A stretch of 64,000 bases of DNA from Nostoc sp. (GTDB taxonomy: Bacteria; Cyanobacteriota; Cyanobacteriia; Cyanobacteriales; Nostocaceae), in the NCBI GenBank assembly GCA_036918135.1, contig JBALDB010000006.1, forward strand, positions 32,001 to 96,000. Direction: 5' to 3'. A program made the translations under genes and the position numbers. This document shows, piece by piece, positions 50,665 through 60,539 of this stretch. Below the pieces are notes generated by a model. That model made no database searches and was not told the DNA's origin. It was given only the letters and a program-made list of their open reading frames with translations. Position 1 is the stretch's first letter; each line of letters starts with the position of its first letter.

Positions 50665-51717
50665 ATGCTACTTAGATTAAGCATTCTGTCAGCTGGATTG
50701 GGATTTACTGCTCATTGGTTCGCCCTTGTATTTGACATCAATGTCAGAAGCATTCCCTATCTCGAAGAAATGATGAATACTGCCATTTCGCTGGGCTTGT
50801 ATATCAATGTCTTAAGTATCGATCCGATATTCTTTAAAAGCCATTTGAACTCAATTATTAAGGTAATAGTTGTCGGAGTCCCTGTAAAAATTTTCTTGCC
50901 CGGTTTGCTTTTGACTTATTTTTCACCCGGTGTTGCCCCAATTGCCTTTTTGTGTTCAACCGTGATTGCTCAAATAGATCCAATTGCGGCAGCTAAATCT
51001 CTTGACAGCAGCAAGATTAGCAGAAAATCTGAAACTATTTTGAGGGCTTGGTCTAGCTTTGATGACCCAATTACTGTATTATTTGCTTTTTATATTTTCT
51101 TACCACTACTAGTCTCGAATAAATTCAGTTGGAATCAATATTTGGTGCGGATTGCTCTTGATATTATTGGCTGTTTTACAGCTTATTACATCTATTATAA
51201 AATTTCTCGTTGGTTAAATACGCTATATAACAACGTAAAAATATCTTTAGAAATATTTTTTTTATTAATAATTATTATCTATAGTGTTTTATCTGATTCA
51301 TTCATTTTACCTGCATTTGTAGGCATATTCTTAAGACCAATAGCATCAGAACAGCTAGAAACAATCATCTCTGCTATTTTTTATTTTAGTGTAATTGTTA
51401 TTGGTTTATTGTCTGCTAATCTCAGCCTAGATTGGCTTTCTGGAGGAATTTTAGCATTTTCTACATTCTTCTTAGGACAAGTTATTGTGACTTTCCTATT
51501 TTTAAAAGATTCTATGTCCAGCAAAGCAAGAGTTATGTTTGGTCATCAAAATGGCATGACTGCAATTCTGCTAACCGTTGCCATTGAAGTGTCTGGCTCA
51601 GATAAAACAAGAGATTTGTTATCAGTTACATTACCTGCCATTATCCTAATTGCCTTATTTTACTTTGCCACTAATTATTTTTTAGATAGGTTACTACCAA
51701 GCTCCTCAACTGACTAA
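50665..51717 (+). CDS. Atypical cation:proton antiporter-like membrane protein
   Basis: About 11 TMs; AQIDPIAA and WSSFDDP correspond to the CPA TDP and ES..ND motifs; QNGMTAILL. Confidence 0.7.
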   Translation: MLLRLSILSAGLGFTAHWFALVFDINVRSIPYLEEMMNTAISLGLYINVLSIDPIFFKSHLNSIIKVIVVGVPVKIFLPGLLLTYFSPGVAPIAFLCSTVIAQIDPIAAAKSLDSSKISRKSETILRAWSSFDDPITVLFAFYIFLPLLVSNKFSWNQYLVRIALDIIGCFTAYYIYYKISRWLNTLYNNVKISLEIFFLLIIIIYSVLSDSFILPAFVGIFLRPIASEQLETIISAIFYFSVIVIGLLSANLSLDWLSGGILAFSTFFLGQVIVTFLFLKDSMSSKARVMFGHQNGMTAILLTVAIEVSGSDKTRDLLSVTLPAIILIALFYFATNYFLDRLLPSSSTD

Positions 51718-51915
51718 AACTATTGAACTGGGGATTGGGGCAATTTTGATGGGGATTCAAACCCCAATCAAATTGTGAAAATAACTCTTTTACAGTACCT
51801 AGTCCCCAGTACCCAATCCCAGAGCGCCCATTTCTCCCTAACTTGCTGTGGGGAAGATGGGGAATCCTGGGCACGACCTATTAAATTTCTGTGAAGTAGA
51901 GCGCAAGGCAGAAAA

Positions 51916-51979
51916 AATTTCCTGACTTAATGCCGCTTAATGCCGCTCATTGCCTATTATTGCCATAAGAGTTTATACT
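51916..51979 (+). promoter_or_regulatory. Second phased array (reverse orientation) overlapping the putative promoter of the 62-aa ORF
   Basis: AATTTCC 51916, AATGCC 51929 and 51939, ATTGCC 51949 and 51959; TTGCCT 51950-51955, 18 nt, TATACT 51974-51979. Confidence 0.65.
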
Positions 51980-52027
51980 TAAAGAGGTAGCTTGATGTGG
52001 ATTTACATTTAGTAGGTATTATTAGCC

Positions 52028-52216
52028 ATGCCTCAAAAACACGATCAAACCCAAGAGTCCGTTAAAGTCTGCAATCACAAACCTGGCGATCTTTGGGATG
52101 AAGGTTGTTGCGGAAAGATTGAAGCGATCGCCAAGACAAATCAGGCGATCGTCAATGAGGTTAAAAACAAGAAGATAGCTGATGCGGAGACTCAAAAACC
52201 ATACATATCAATTTAG
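52028..52216 (+). CDS. Small hypothetical protein (62 aa, three Cys)
   Basis: ORF with a putative upstream promoter and a downstream terminator. Confidence 0.55.
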   Translation: MPQKHDQTQESVKVCNHKPGDLWDEGCCGKIEAIAKTNQAIVNEVKNKKIADAETQKPYISI

Positions 52217-52295
52217 CCGTGACAATTGCAAGTTGTGGTTCATCTTGCATGCAAATCAAGTTCACCTCCCCGAACTAATGTTAAATCAAAGCTTT

Positions 52296-52321
52296 AAAAC
52301 CCGCTCAAGCGGGTTTTGTTT
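52296..52321. terminator. Rho-independent terminator (probably bidirectional)
   Basis: aaaacccgc-tcaa-gcgggttttgttt between convergent genes. Confidence 0.8.
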
Positions 52322-52340
52322 GTCTAGATGTGGTTTTTAA

Positions 52341-53852
52341 CTACTTCAGCGGAATACAAACATCTGGCGCACACAACCCAACAAACTCCAAGGTTGTTAC
52401 CTCAAAACTATTCAAATCTACACGTCGAATAGCATGGTTATTGGTATCACTAATATATAAATGTGAACCCTTAACACTCAATCCCGATGGTTCAAAAAAC
52501 CGAGTGTTCTTACCCTGTCCATCCTGTAAACCAGCAGTACCATCTCCCAAAACTGTTTGACAATTGCCGCTAGGACTGACTAATTTAATTTTGTGATTGT
52601 AGGTATCCGCCACCCACAGAAAATTTTGAGCGTATTCCACTCCTAAACAATGCTGCAAACGAACATCTTCACCTTGTCCATCAACATCGCCAAAATCAAA
52701 TAAACCTCCACTACCACAAACAGTCCGCACTTGGTAAGGTTCTATAATTCCCACGCCGCGAATTGAACTAACTTCACTATCAGCAATATATAATTCTTGC
52801 CCATTATTAGTAATACCACTAGGTTGAGCAAACGCACATTCGCTAAGTAAGCCATCAATACACGCTTCTGCACCAATACCAGCATAGGTTTTAACAATGC
52901 TAGTTTCCAAATCCATCTGCCAAATTTGATGCGATCCCGCCATTGCAATGAATAGGGAATTTCCCACTTTCACTAAATCCCAAGGAGAATTCAGCGCAGT
53001 TTCTAAACCAGCACCACCATAAGGACGAATATTGCAGCTTTGTTCGCCAACTCCGGCAATAGTTTCTACTATCTGGCGCTGCAAATCAACTCGTCGTAGG
53101 GCATGATTTTCTGTATCAGCAATATAAAGCATTTGATTTTCTACATCAAATGTCATTCCTTGGGGTGCAAAAAATTGTGCTTCCTCAAAAGCACCATCGG
53201 TTAAACCAAATTTTCCAGTACCAATCAGGTGGAGAATTTCGCCATCAAAGGTACTCATAACCAAACGATGATGTCCAGAGTCAGCGATAAATAAACCGAC
53301 TTGCGTAGCTAGAACTTTACCAGGAAAAGCTAGAGGTGTAATTAACGGTTGGCGCTGTTTTTCTAAAGTCAAGCTAAGTTCTTGAAAATTAATTGTACCT
53401 TTCTGGCTGTGTTGCTGAATTAGCTTTTCAATCAACTCATCCAAAGCATCACGGTTTCCTTCACCAGAGACAGAGGCAACTACGTAACCTTCTGGATCGA
53501 TAATCATTAAAGTCGGCCAAGCACGTACAGCATACTCTTGCCAAACTCGAAAACCGCTATCAACTATAACTGGGTGTTCGATATCGTAGCGCAAGATAGC
53601 TTGGCGGATGTTTTCGGTTTCTTTTTCATTGTCAAATTTACCAGAATGGACGCCGATAACGCTAAGACTATCTTTATATTTTTGTTCTAAATATTTCAGG
53701 TCTGGCAGAATATGTAGGCAGTTGATACAGCAATATGTCCAAAAATCTAAAATAACAACTCTACCCTTGAATTGTTTGAGAGATAAAGGTTTATCGGTAT
53801 TCAGCCAAGAGTAATTTTGTGGGAATTCTGGCGCTCTTACACGGGGAATCAT
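52341..53852 (-). CDS. Thioredoxin-like + NHL-repeat protein (SOQ1/NHLRC2-like)
   Basis: DFWTYCCINC, GVHSGKFDNE, NHL repeats (FIADSGHHR, YIADTENHALR, VADTYNHKIK). Confidence 0.92.
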   Translation of the reverse strand: MIPRVRAPEFPQNYSWLNTDKPLSLKQFKGRVVILDFWTYCCINCLHILPDLKYLEQKYKDSLSVIGVHSGKFDNEKETENIRQAILRYDIEHPVIVDSGFRVWQEYAVRAWPTLMIIDPEGYVVASVSGEGNRDALDELIEKLIQQHSQKGTINFQELSLTLEKQRQPLITPLAFPGKVLATQVGLFIADSGHHRLVMSTFDGEILHLIGTGKFGLTDGAFEEAQFFAPQGMTFDVENQMLYIADTENHALRRVDLQRQIVETIAGVGEQSCNIRPYGGAGLETALNSPWDLVKVGNSLFIAMAGSHQIWQMDLETSIVKTYAGIGAEACIDGLLSECAFAQPSGITNNGQELYIADSEVSSIRGVGIIEPYQVRTVCGSGGLFDFGDVDGQGEDVRLQHCLGVEYAQNFLWVADTYNHKIKLVSPSGNCQTVLGDGTAGLQDGQGKNTRFFEPSGLSVKGSHLYISDTNNHAIRRVDLNSFEVTTLEFVGLCAPDVCIPLK

Positions 53853-54206
53853 AAAATATTATTTGCTAAAGTTTACTCATCTGTTTTACTTTAAATTTAA
53901 AATATTTATTATTTTATTTCCAATTTATATACAATGATTAAATAGAAAAAAGACAGACGACATCTGAGATTACTTAAACTGAAATCTACAAACAGTTAAC
54001 TTCATTGTTATATATTATAGTAAATTTAAATATTTACCATAACGTAAGCTTAAAATATACAAAATTGCAACTCGTGCCATTGTAGTTGCTAATGCAAATG
54101 TTGAACTCAAGCGTTACGCAGCATTAGTAATTGGTTCAAATACAGAAGACAGCGTTGTTAAATACATTTATCATGATTTGGCAAGATAGATATTTAATCC
54201 GTAAAC

Positions 54207-54407
54207 ATGAAATCAGAAACACGAAATATATTGTTAAAAGCTTACGCACATTTACAAGAGATTATTGATAAATTATATGAAGCTCATGATAGAGCAATAG
54301 TAAATAATGATTTTGATGATGCTAGCTTACTGGCTAGTAGAGCAGATAGACTTTATGAAGAAGCAGAAAATTTGGAAATTGTGATTTCAGAGCAGGAGGA
54401 GAGATGA
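54207..54407 (+). CDS. Small helical hypothetical protein
   Basis: 66-aa ORF, ATGA-coupled to the next ORF. Confidence 0.6.
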   Translation: MKSETRNILLKAYAHLQEIIDKLYEAHDRAIVNNDFDDASLLASRADRLYEEAENLEIVISEQEER

Positions 54408-54592
54408 AAACAATTGAAGAACTAAAGAGTCGGATACAGGAACTCAGTAAACAAGCTGTTGAACTCAGGCAACAAGCATCTCAAGTGTATTCAACTAATC
54501 AGAAGCAAGCCAAACAGTTCAGGCAACAGGCAAGGGAAGCTATCAAGCGCTGTCAAGTATTAATAGAAGAGTTAAAACGCCAACAAGTTTAA
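54404..54592 (+). CDS. Small coiled-coil hypothetical protein
   Basis: Strong RBS AGGAGGAG, heptad pattern. Confidence 0.65.
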   Translation: MKTIEELKSRIQELSKQAVELRQQASQVYSTNQKQAKQFRQQAREAIKRCQVLIEELKRQQV

Positions 54593-54679
54593 AGCTAAAA
54601 ACTAGTTAGTATTAAAAACTGCTAGTTCGTAATTCTCAGTAACCGTATAAACTAGAAATGGTTTTAGCGAATATCACTT

Positions 54680-55594
54680 TTGAAAAGACTTGATAGACTA
54701 ACTACTACAAAATTATCAGCTTGGGTAGAACAAGCAAAAACTCAGGCTGAACGCGGACAAATTGCCGATCGCATTCCTCAACTAGCCTTAGCCAATCCCG
54801 ATTGGTTTGCAGTTCACATCTGCTGCAAATCAGGACAAACCATCAGCTTTGGAGATACGGCTTGTGTGTTTCCCCTGATGAGCGTTATTAAAACATTTTC
54901 CCTACTTTATCTGCTGCAACATTTAGGAGCAGAAACGGTTTTTGAGTGGGTCGGAGTAGAACCATCGGATGCACCATTCAATTCTTTAGAACAATTAGTT
55001 AGCGATTGCGGACGCCCCCGCAACCCGATGATAAATAGTGGGGCAATTACCCTAGCAGATAAATTACCAGGAAAAGATGCTGGCGATCGCACTATTTTAT
55101 TTTGTCAATGGTTGAATGAATTAGCAGGTTGTCAACTACATTTAGACGAAGCCATGTTGACTTCAGTGCGTTTAACACGCTCAACAGCTAATCAAGCGAT
55201 CGCTAATTATCTTGACGAAATCGGACATCTTGAAAATATCGAAATAGCCCTTGACACCTACGAGCAAATATGCTGTCTTTCGGGAAGAGTTGAAGATTTA
55301 GCCTTATTAGGAAAACTTCTAGCTTGTGAACATCACCTTGTTTCATCACAAAATCGCCGAATTGTCAATGCTGTGATGTCAACTTGCGGACTTTATCAAG
55401 CTTGTGCGGAGTTTGCAGTTAGGATTGGTCTGCCGATGAAATCCGGGATTGGTGGTGGACTTGTAGCAATAGTACCAGGAGAGGGGGCGATCGCTTGCTA
55501 TAGCCCTGCTTTGGATACAGTCGGAAATCCAATAGCAGGGCTTGTTTTCGTGGAAGCTTTATCGCAAAACTTAGAGTTGAGTGTCTTCGGCTGA
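54680..55594 (+). CDS. glsA: Glutaminase
   Basis: FPLMSVIK (S-x-x-K), VGVEPSDAPFNS, PRNPMINSGAI, GLPMKSGIGGG. Confidence 0.92.
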   Translation: MKRLDRLTTTKLSAWVEQAKTQAERGQIADRIPQLALANPDWFAVHICCKSGQTISFGDTACVFPLMSVIKTFSLLYLLQHLGAETVFEWVGVEPSDAPFNSLEQLVSDCGRPRNPMINSGAITLADKLPGKDAGDRTILFCQWLNELAGCQLHLDEAMLTSVRLTRSTANQAIANYLDEIGHLENIEIALDTYEQICCLSGRVEDLALLGKLLACEHHLVSSQNRRIVNAVMSTCGLYQACAEFAVRIGLPMKSGIGGGLVAIVPGEGAIACYSPALDTVGNPIAGLVFVEALSQNLELSVFG

Positions 55595-55754
55595 ATGAAG
55601 AATTTTAGATTTTGGATTTTAGATTGAACAACCTAAGTTTTTGTATTGTTCTGCAAAAGGGAAAGAGGTTTAAAAATCGGATTCTTTGCTACCAAGTTGG
55701 AGATTTTTTGCCCTAACCCTACAAGGCTTGGGGTTAGGTTGTGTTGAACTGACG

Positions 55755-57638
55755 TTATTTTATTTCTTCCGTTTCGGGTAACGACGTTGATTGTGGAGTT
55801 GGTGTTAGTGTTGGCTGTGGTTCTGGTGACGGGGTAATTGTTTCTGGTGCTGGAGACTCAATGATTTCTGGTAAAGTCACTGGGGAACTGGGAGATGGTG
55901 CAACTATTACTTTGGGCGTAGGTGTCTCAAGAGTTCGACGCTTGAAGAATTTACCAAATCCCGGTTTTGTTGGCTCAGGTGCAACTTTATCAGGCAAGGG
56001 CGTTGATTGTGGAATTGGGGTTACTGTTGGCTGTGGTTCTGGCGACGGGGTAACTGTTTCTGGTGCTGGAGACTCAATAATTTCTGGCAGAGTCAGGGGC
56101 AAACTCGGAGATGGCGTAACTGTTGTTTCTGGAGTGGGCGTCTTAGCCGCCCGACGGTTGAAAAATCCGCCAAATCTCGGTTTTGTTGGCTCAGGTGCAA
56201 CTTTATCAGGCAACGGTGTTGATTGTGGAGTTGGGGTTACTGTTGGCTGTGGTTCTGGCGACGGGGTAACTGTTTCTGGTGCTGGAGACTCAATAATTTC
56301 TGGCAGAGTCGGGGGCAAACTCGGAGATGGCGTAACTGTTGTTTCTGGAGTGGGCGTCTTAGCCGCCCGACGGTTGAAAAATCCGCCAAATCTCGGTTTT
56401 GTTGGCTCAGGTGCAACTTTATCAGGCAACGGTGTTGATTGTGGAATTGGGGTTAATGTTGACTGTGGTTCTGGTAGAGGAGACTCGATAATATTTGGTG
56501 GTGTCGGCGACAAGCTAGGAGATGGTGCAGCTGTTGGAGGTTCTAATTTTGGTTGTTCTGGCTTGGTTGGCTGTGATTTCGATTCTTCTGGAATTTCAAT
56601 TTCCGGAATTGGCTGTTTTTCTACCTTGGGTTGTGTTTCAGGTATTTTTTCAACAGTGGGTGTAGATGTGAATTTATAATTCGGGTCAACAATGGTGCGT
56701 ACTTCATCTGCTGTCAATTCCCCTGTGGTAATTCTCGACAAAGTGTCTTTTCCCTTTGGCTGATAAGTAATCAGTCTAACTGTGGTATTGAAAGCATTTT
56801 TCAGAGGATTTCCCTGGTTATCGAGAAATTCTAGTTTTACCCAGTTTTTACCAGGTTTCCAACCTTTGAGGTAAATTGCTTGCCAGCTATCAAAAATAAA
56901 GCTTTCACCATTAATCGTGCAGCGGATGCGCCAATCACTAAATTTGTCGTTGGCATTTTCTGACGCAACCAGGTGCAAGGGAGCATCAGTTAGGTAAAAG
57001 TCAAGTAAAATTGGTTCTGCTCCATAAGTACTTTGAGGGCGGCTGTATGTCAGTAGTGGTAAATTCGGAACTGGCGTGTTGTCATCAGTTTTAGTAAAGA
57101 CATGAAATGTTGTTTGAGCATAAGCGCCTTCATTTTTAAAGCTTTCATGCCAAGGACGTGAGGCAAAGACACGTAAGGTATGAGTACCTGGGGACAAGTC
57201 TGGCAAAACTAAAGGCTGATTCAGGTCGTAAACAGGTATATAAGGTTGATTATCAAGAATTACGTGTAGATGCGGCCCAAGTTGTAATTGTGGGTCTTTA
57301 AATATTGGTAAATCCTTTACTTGAAAGCGGGCTGTAACTTTGTTATCTGAGAAAACTTCATCAATCTTTGGAGTAATAATTGTCACCTGTGGTTGATAAA
57401 CTTCCAAAATTGGTCGCAGTTCTTGGATAACAGCAGGAGGAGCAACTTCCGAAAATTGCTTAGAAACTTGAGAAATTTGCCCAGTCTTTTCTTGATTACC
57501 AATAGATACTTCCTGAGTGCCAGCTTTACCGCCACAACTGCTTAAGCTACATACCACTACCAACGTCATTACCCACCTGAGAATCGGAAAACTCCAACGG
57601 AGGAGCTTATCTAAGACCATTTTCTGCCACGATTTCAT
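55755..57638 (-). CDS. Lipoprotein with conserved cyanobacterial domain (GPHLHVILDN...FASRPWHESFKN) and Pro/Thr-rich 72-aa repeats
   Basis: LSSC lipobox; start uncertain (57638 or 57620). Confidence 0.8.
   Translation of the reverse strand: MKSWQKMVLDKLLRWSFPILRWVMTLVVVCSLSSCGGKAGTQEVSIGNQEKTGQISQVSKQFSEVAPPAVIQELRPILEVYQPQVTIITPKIDEVFSDNKVTARFQVKDLPIFKDPQLQLGPHLHVILDNQPYIPVYDLNQPLVLPDLSPGTHTLRVFASRPWHESFKNEGAYAQTTFHVFTKTDDNTPVPNLPLLTYSRPQSTYGAEPILLDFYLTDAPLHLVASENANDKFSDWRIRCTINGESFIFDSWQAIYLKGWKPGKNWVKLEFLDNQGNPLKNAFNTTVRLITYQPKGKDTLSRITTGELTADEVRTIVDPNYKFTSTPTVEKIPETQPKVEKQPIPEIEIPEESKSQPTKPEQPKLEPPTAAPSPSLSPTPPNIIESPLPEPQSTLTPIPQSTPLPDKVAPEPTKPRFGGFFNRRAAKTPTPETTVTPSPSLPPTLPEIIESPAPETVTPSPEPQPTVTPTPQSTPLPDKVAPEPTKPRFGGFFNRRAAKTPTPETTVTPSPSLPLTLPEIIESPAPETVTPSPEPQPTVTPIPQSTPLPDKVAPEPTKPGFGKFFKRRTLETPTPKVIVAPSPSSPVTLPEIIESPAPETITPSPEPQPTLTPTPQSTSLPETEEIK
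55785..56490. repeat. About three 216-bp tandem repeats within the CDS
   Basis: Near-identical units (e.g. 56007-56222 vs 56223-56438). Confidence 0.9.
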
Positions 57639-57772
57639 GCCTTGCACCCAGCGTTCCTCTTCGACATGTCCATAGGGAAATATAGCCCAAAACAAGCTCT
57701 AGGAGCAGGGGAGTGGGGACTGGGTACTAGGTACTTAAGCAGATGAGGGAATCGGTAATGGGGAAACTTTCA

Positions 57773-57815
57773 ATACCAATACCTAATCCCCAATCCCCAA
57801 TCCCCAATCCCAAAT
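57773..57815. repeat. STRR heptamer repeat (CCCCAAT)n
   Basis: ccaatac ctaatcc ccaatcc ccaatcc ccaatcc, complementary to upstream ggggactgggtact / aatgggg. Confidence 0.8.
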
Positions 57816-58098
57816 CATATTCTTTACGAATTGTTATCCTTTGTAAATTAAATGAATAATCTATTGACTTTTGGACAATTAGTTTGAAGTTAAAATCCAG
57901 AAAATACAGTTATTCCAGCGATTTTGAATTATTGTTAAAATATCTCTAACAAAGTACAAGTGAAGACTTTATAATTCAACGAGAAACAACTATCCACATG
58001 GATCTTCACTGTGGCTTCAGCAAAAAACTGGAGTATGCGGTAAAACATAACTATGTGGTAATCATGATTCCTCATTCCTGATCAAGAGAGGAGGTCGA

Positions 58099-60357
58099 AT
58101 GGCAATAAGTCCTCCGGAGCGAGAGGAAAAAAAGGCAAGAGTAATCGTCGATAACGACCCGGTTCCTACCTCATTTGAAAGATGGGCAAAACCCGGACAC
58201 TTTGACAGATCTTTAGCCAGGGGTCCAAAAACCACTACATGGATTTGGAACCTTCACGCACTCGCCCACGATTTTGATACACATACAAGCGATTTAGAAG
58301 ACATATCCCGCAAGATATTTTCAGCACACTTCGGGCATTTAGCCGTAGTGACAATTTGGCTGAGCGGGATGATTTTCCACGGCGCTAAGTTTTCTAACTA
58401 CGAAGCTTGGCTAAGCGACCCGTTAAACATTAAACCAAGTGCCCAGGTCGTTTGGCCTATTGTGGGACAAGACATTTTAAATGGTGATGTTGGCGGTGGT
58501 TTCCACGGGATTCAAATCACCTCTGGTCTGTTCTATGTATGGCGGGGCTGGGGTATTACCAACTCCTTCCAGCTTTACGTAACTGCGATTGGTGGCTTGG
58601 TATTAGCAGGCTTATTCCTATTTGCTGGCTGGTTCCACTACCACAAACGCGCTCCCAAACTGGAATGGTTCCAGAATGTGGAGTCGATGCTGAATCACCA
58701 CTTACAAGTATTGCTAGGTTGTGGTTCCTTGGGATGGGCAGGTCACTTAATTCACGTGTCCGCACCGACTAACAAGCTTTTGGATGCAGGGGTTGCTGTC
58801 AAAGATATACCCTTGCCCCACGAGTTCATCTTGAACAAAGACTTGTTGACGGAACTGTACCCAGGCTTTGCTGCTGGTTTAGCACCTTTCTTCACCTTGA
58901 ACTGGGGTCAGTATGCTGACTTCCTCACCTTCAAGGGCGGTCTAAACCCGGTAACAGGGGGCTTGTGGATGACAGACATTTCTCATCACCACTTGGCGAT
59001 CGCAGTCGTGTTCATCATTGCTGGTCACCAGTACCGTACCAACTGGGGTATTGGTCACAGCATTAAAGAGATCCTGGAAAACCATAAAGGTCCTTTCACT
59101 GGTGAAGGTCACAAAGGTCTCTACGAAAACCTGACCACATCTTGGCACGCTCAGCTGGGAACTAACCTGGCGTTCTTGGGTTCGCTGACCATTATCATCG
59201 CGCACCACATGTACGCGATGCCCCCCTATCCATACTTGGCAACTGACTACGCTACGCAGTTGTGTATATTCACTCACCATATTTGGATCGGTGGCTTCTT
59301 GATTGTTGGTGGAGCGGCTCATACTGCCATATTCATGGTGCGGGATTACGATCCAGTTGTGAACCAAAACAACCTCCTGGATCGCGTAATTCGTCACCGG
59401 GATGCGATTATTTCTCACTTGAACTGGGTATGTATTTTCCTTGGCTTCCACAGCTTTGGACTTTACATCCACAACGATACAATGCGTGCATTGGGTCGTC
59501 CCCAAGACATGTTCTCTGATACGGCAATTCAATTGCAGCCAGTATTTGCCCAGTGGATACAAAATATCCACGCCTTGGCTCCTGGTACAACTGCACCTAA
59601 TGCCTTAGAACCAGTTAGCTATGTCTTTGGCGGCGGAATATTGGCTGTAGGCGGTAAAGTGGCAGCTGCGCCCATCGCTTTGGGTACAGCAGACTTCTTA
59701 ATTCACCACATTCACGCCTTCACCATTCACGTCACCGTCCTAATTTTGCTCAAAGGTGTGCTATTCGCCCGTAGCTCTCGTCTGATTCCAGACAAAGCTA
59801 ACTTGGGCTTCCGCTTCCCCTGCGACGGTCCAGGTCGTGGCGGTACCTGTCAAGTATCTGGTTGGGATCACGTATTCCTGGGACTATTCTGGATGTATAA
59901 CTCCCTGTCCATTGTAATTTTCCACTTTAGCTGGAAGATGCAATCAGATGTGTGGGGAACGGTAGATCCAGATGGTACTGTGACTCACATCACAGGTGGG
60001 AACTTTGCCCAAAGCGCCATCACTATCAATGGTTGGTTGCGTGACTTCTTGTGGGCACAAGCGACACAAGTCATCAATTCCTATGGCAGTGCGCTATCTG
60101 CTTATGGACTCATGTTCTTAGGCGCTCACTTTATTTGGGCATTCAGCTTGATGTTCCTGTTCAGTGGTCGCGGCTACTGGCAAGAATTAATCGAGTCGAT
60201 AGTTTGGGCGCATAATAAACTGAAGGTAGCACCAGCAATTCAGCCTCGCGCTCTGAGCATTATTCAGGGTCGCGCTGTAGGGGTAGCTCACTACCTTTTA
60301 GGAGGAATTGCTACTACTTGGGCATTCTTCCACGCACACATCCTTTCAGTAGGGTAG
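58099..60357 (+). CDS. psaA: Photosystem I P700 apoprotein A1
   Basis: [44 protein letters not shown]. Confidence 0.99.
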   Translation: MAISPPEREEKKARVIVDNDPVPTSFERWAKPGHFDRSLARGPKTTTWIWNLHALAHDFDTHTSDLEDISRKIFSAHFGHLAVVTIWLSGMIFHGAKFSNYEAWLSDPLNIKPSAQVVWPIVGQDILNGDVGGGFHGIQITSGLFYVWRGWGITNSFQLYVTAIGGLVLAGLFLFAGWFHYHKRAPKLEWFQNVESMLNHHLQVLLGCGSLGWAGHLIHVSAPTNKLLDAGVAVKDIPLPHEFILNKDLLTELYPGFAAGLAPFFTLNWGQYADFLTFKGGLNPVTGGLWMTDISHHHLAIAVVFIIAGHQYRTNWGIGHSIKEILENHKGPFTGEGHKGLYENLTTSWHAQLGTNLAFLGSLTIIIAHHMYAMPPYPYLATDYATQLCIFTHHIWIGGFLIVGGAAHTAIFMVRDYDPVVNQNNLLDRVIRHRDAIISHLNWVCIFLGFHSFGLYIHNDTMRALGRPQDMFSDTAIQLQPVFAQWIQNIHALAPGTTAPNALEPVSYVFGGGILAVGGKVAAAPIALGTADFLIHHIHAFTIHVTVLILLKGVLFARSSRLIPDKANLGFRFPCDGPGRGGTCQVSGWDHVFLGLFWMYNSLSIVIFHFSWKMQSDVWGTVDPDGTVTHITGGNFAQSAITINGWLRDFLWAQATQVINSYGSALSAYGLMFLGAHFIWAFSLMFLFSGRGYWQELIESIVWAHNKLKVAPAIQPRALSIIQGRAVGVAHYLLGGIATTWAFFHAHILSVG

Positions 60358-60452
60358 CAATCAGTTATTTAGAGTGCTGAGGGCTGAGGGCTGAGAAGCC
60401 AGTGCATTGGACGGCTCTGCTGACAGCCAAGCAACTGGCGTTGTAGAGAAAA

Positions 60453-60497
60453 TACTCAAAACTCGGAACTCAGAACTCTAAACTCAGGACTCAAGAC
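60453..60497. repeat. STRR-like heptamer repeat (ACTCARR) in the psaA-psaB spacer
   Basis: actcaaa actcgga actcaga actctaa actcagg actcaag; complementary ctgaggg repeats at about 60377-60395. Confidence 0.75.
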
Positions 60498-60539
60498 ACT
60501 GATACTTGATGGCTAAAGGTCAGAGGATTTATTAAACCT

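Noticed and set aside
47703..51964. Phased arrays as terminal inverted repeats of a transposon
   Set aside because: The spacers differ, there is no extended end identity, no TSD and no transposase; operator arrays fit better
55861..56679. 272-aa Gly/Val-rich plus-strand ORF
   Set aside because: Antisense of the Pro/Thr repeat region
57829..57846. HLR1 (RpaB)-like direct repeat upstream of psaA
   Set aside because: Only a degenerate match in AT-rich DNA; plausible but not supportable by eye
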